DNA of 62,157 nucleotides, the filler included, from Rhabdomonas costata (lineage: Eukaryota), in the NCBI GenBank assembly GCA_019059605.1. It is 32 parts of 32 records of this genome, joined end to end, with 100 filler letters (N's around TTAATTAATTAA, not from the genome) between each part and the next. Parts side by side here need not be neighbours in the genome. Positions count along the whole stretch, not along the records: positions 60,316 to 62,157 come from JAHMHO010008318.1; 31 more parts are not named here. One strand, written 5' to 3'. Below are positions 60,217-62,157 of this stretch, one piece after another. Within the stretch, counting starts at the first letter, position 1. Each line of letters begins with the position of its first letter. The notes beneath the pieces were generated by a model. The model was given only the letters and a program-made list of their open reading frames with translations. It made no database searches and had not been told where the DNA came from. The position numbers and the translations under genes were made by a program.

Positions 60217-62157
60217 NNNNNNNNNNNNNNNNNNNNNNNNNNNNNNNNNNNNNNNNNNNTTAATTAATTAANNNNNNNNNNNNNNNNNNNNNNNNNNNNN
60301 NNNNNNNNNNNNNNNGGGTGGGGGGCAGATAGGAATCCTTCTCGCTGCAAGGCCGTGCTGGCCAGTGCTATCTGTAGCACTTCCTGGAGTCGCCTCCAGC
60401 TGCTGCTGCGTGGAAGCCGGAAAGATAGAATGAGAAAGTGGATGCCCGGGGGGCATAATGGCAAGCACAACTCTGGGAGATGGCAAAAGTGGCGACGGCC
60501 ACGGTTGTACTGTAGAGTAGGGGAGCCGTGGCGGGTTTCCCGCAGCTGCTGTTCTTCCCCCAACAACAGAGAGATGGGAATTGTAGATTATTTTGCTATC
60601 GGGAAGATGATTCTCGCTCGATGGGTTAATCGGATGGGTTGTAGCTTTCTTTTGGTGCAGTCCCTTTTTTGTGGTACACTCTTTGCCACTGTTTTGCCTT
60701 GCTGTTAGTACGGCTGTTAGTACTCGAGTATTGTATCCGTGACGGAATGCAGCAGAGATGCCCAGGTGGGAGCAGAGAAAGCGTTACATACTGCTGAGTA
60801 GGGCGAGGTGCTGCTTGAGCAGGGCTGTCAGCCCATCCTTAACCCACATCCCATCGATGCAGTCAGGCTTTTGGGCGGTGGAGGACATACTTTCGATCCT
60901 AAACGATATGGGGACTATAGATAATTGCGCCAATGCGCCGAAGCACGTGGCCGGGGGTATACCTGGCTACCTGCACTCGGCCGTAAGAAAATTCTGTGGA
61001 ACGCCCCGAGGCTGACAGTGCGAAGAAGGACGTGTTCTTCCGCAGCGCACTGCATAAGGGCGGGAAGCCACGGCCGCAGAGCCCCCGAAGAGCTCGATAT
61101 ACTCTCCACAATGTCACTTGGAAGCCGGACCCTAGACCAGGTGAGATAAGTCTGAATTTATTGCCGGTTTCCCCTCTCAGCGATTGGTTCCACCGTGCTG
61201 ATCGATGTGCCCCTCTCCCTTGTGCATCCATTTACGCTGGTGTTGGTGGCGCAGCTAATCTGCACTATTCACGCTGGTCCTTACATCAGCATCCTCCGCA
61301 TCGTACCACCCCTATCACCCGGGGCAGCCGCAGGTGCACAACCCGGGGTGGCAATATGATCCCGATCTCTCTCCTAGTAACAATCCGCGCTGAGGGACTC
61401 TGTCAGATAACCTCACCCCTTCCCCCATCTCTTCCGCGGGGGGGGGGGGCAGTCCTGCTGGAGGCGGTTACGCCCTCCCCAAGCACCGCACCATCTTGGT
61501 GCACGCCGCAGAAGGGGTACCACGTAGAAGGGGTACCGCCAGGGGTACCACGTATCACTGCAAAATTTTACTGGTGCGGGATCGCCACGCGAAGCATAAC
61601 CCCGAAACGTCGTTGTCGGTTTTGCTCACGCTTTCATCAATCTGCTATTTCCTTCCCCGCTTATTCTTGCGCATTCATATACCGCAACGTGTGAGTCCGC
61701 GGGTATGCAGGCTCTCAGCATTTTGTGCTCTGCGGTGGAGCAAAGCATTTTCTCCGGGTCCTGGGAGTTTTATTTGAGGGCCAAGCGGAAGCAGGTCCGG
61801 GATCTATTCTGTGTATGTTGGGCCTCTCGAAACGCTGCGTGGCCGGCCCTTGCACCCTCAGGCCGTACCCACCTGTGCCCCTTCGCGGGTGAGACGATAT
61901 GCTGAAATGGAGCCAAAACGGGCTGCTCCCGCGACGATCGGAGCGCAAGTGCAAAGCAGACTGCATACCAGCAGGGAGGCGAACGGCTGGACCGGATGGT
62001 GTGCATGCCAGTTCTTTATTTTGACGTGATGGTGGTGTTGGCCGGAATTTCAACAACAAAACAAACCCGAAGAATAATGTTCCGCCGTTTTTTGTGGGGA
62101 AATATGGCCCGCGTCACCTCAAAAGTAAGAGGTGAACGTATGAGGACCCCCACAACA

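Noticed and set aside
1844..60316. Regularly spaced TTAATTAATTAA palindromes resembling a CRISPR or repeat array
   Set aside because: They are embedded in N-runs of fixed length and are an artificial six-frame-stop linker.

Overview
This window is not one locus. It concatenates 32 unrelated contigs of about 1.84-1.9 kb, joined by artificial 100-nt spacers (N44-TTAATTAATTAA-N44), so adjacency across spacers has no biological meaning. Most contigs start with G/T-only and end with A/C-only runs, and three have terminal fold-back inverted repeats, which points to whole-genome-amplified (probably single-cell) DNA. The source is an intron-rich eukaryote: GC-rich exons can be joined in frame through GT-AG introns, and through several apparent GC-AG introns. 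A euglenozoan (euglenid/diplonemid-like) origin is an inference from the receptor-type adenylate cyclase and the intron style, and is not proven. The ORF track is mostly uninformative because of the introns, so gene fragments were assembled by hand. Recognisable fragments are an AAA+ ATPase, prenylcysteine oxidase, PGS1, MCM9, a LicD nucleotidyltransferase, a PIWI-like Argonaute (PAZ region), coatomer epsilon, a bacterial-type SAM methyltransferase, two EGF-repeat proteins, two nucleotidyl-cyclase-like membrane proteins, a Merlin/IS1595-like transposase fragment and dispersed repeats. The most novel-looking items are (i) a single-pass membrane protein with a cytoplasmic R-S-E type ADP-ribosyltransferase domain, (ii) an adhesin whose TSP1 repeat appears split by two tandem VWA domains, (iii) recurrent phase-1 G|GCA splice donors, (iv) a decayed AT-rich, possibly giant-virus-derived island, and (v) a pseudoknot with HDV-ribozyme-like topology. 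All family calls come from motif recognition by eye; no searches were run.
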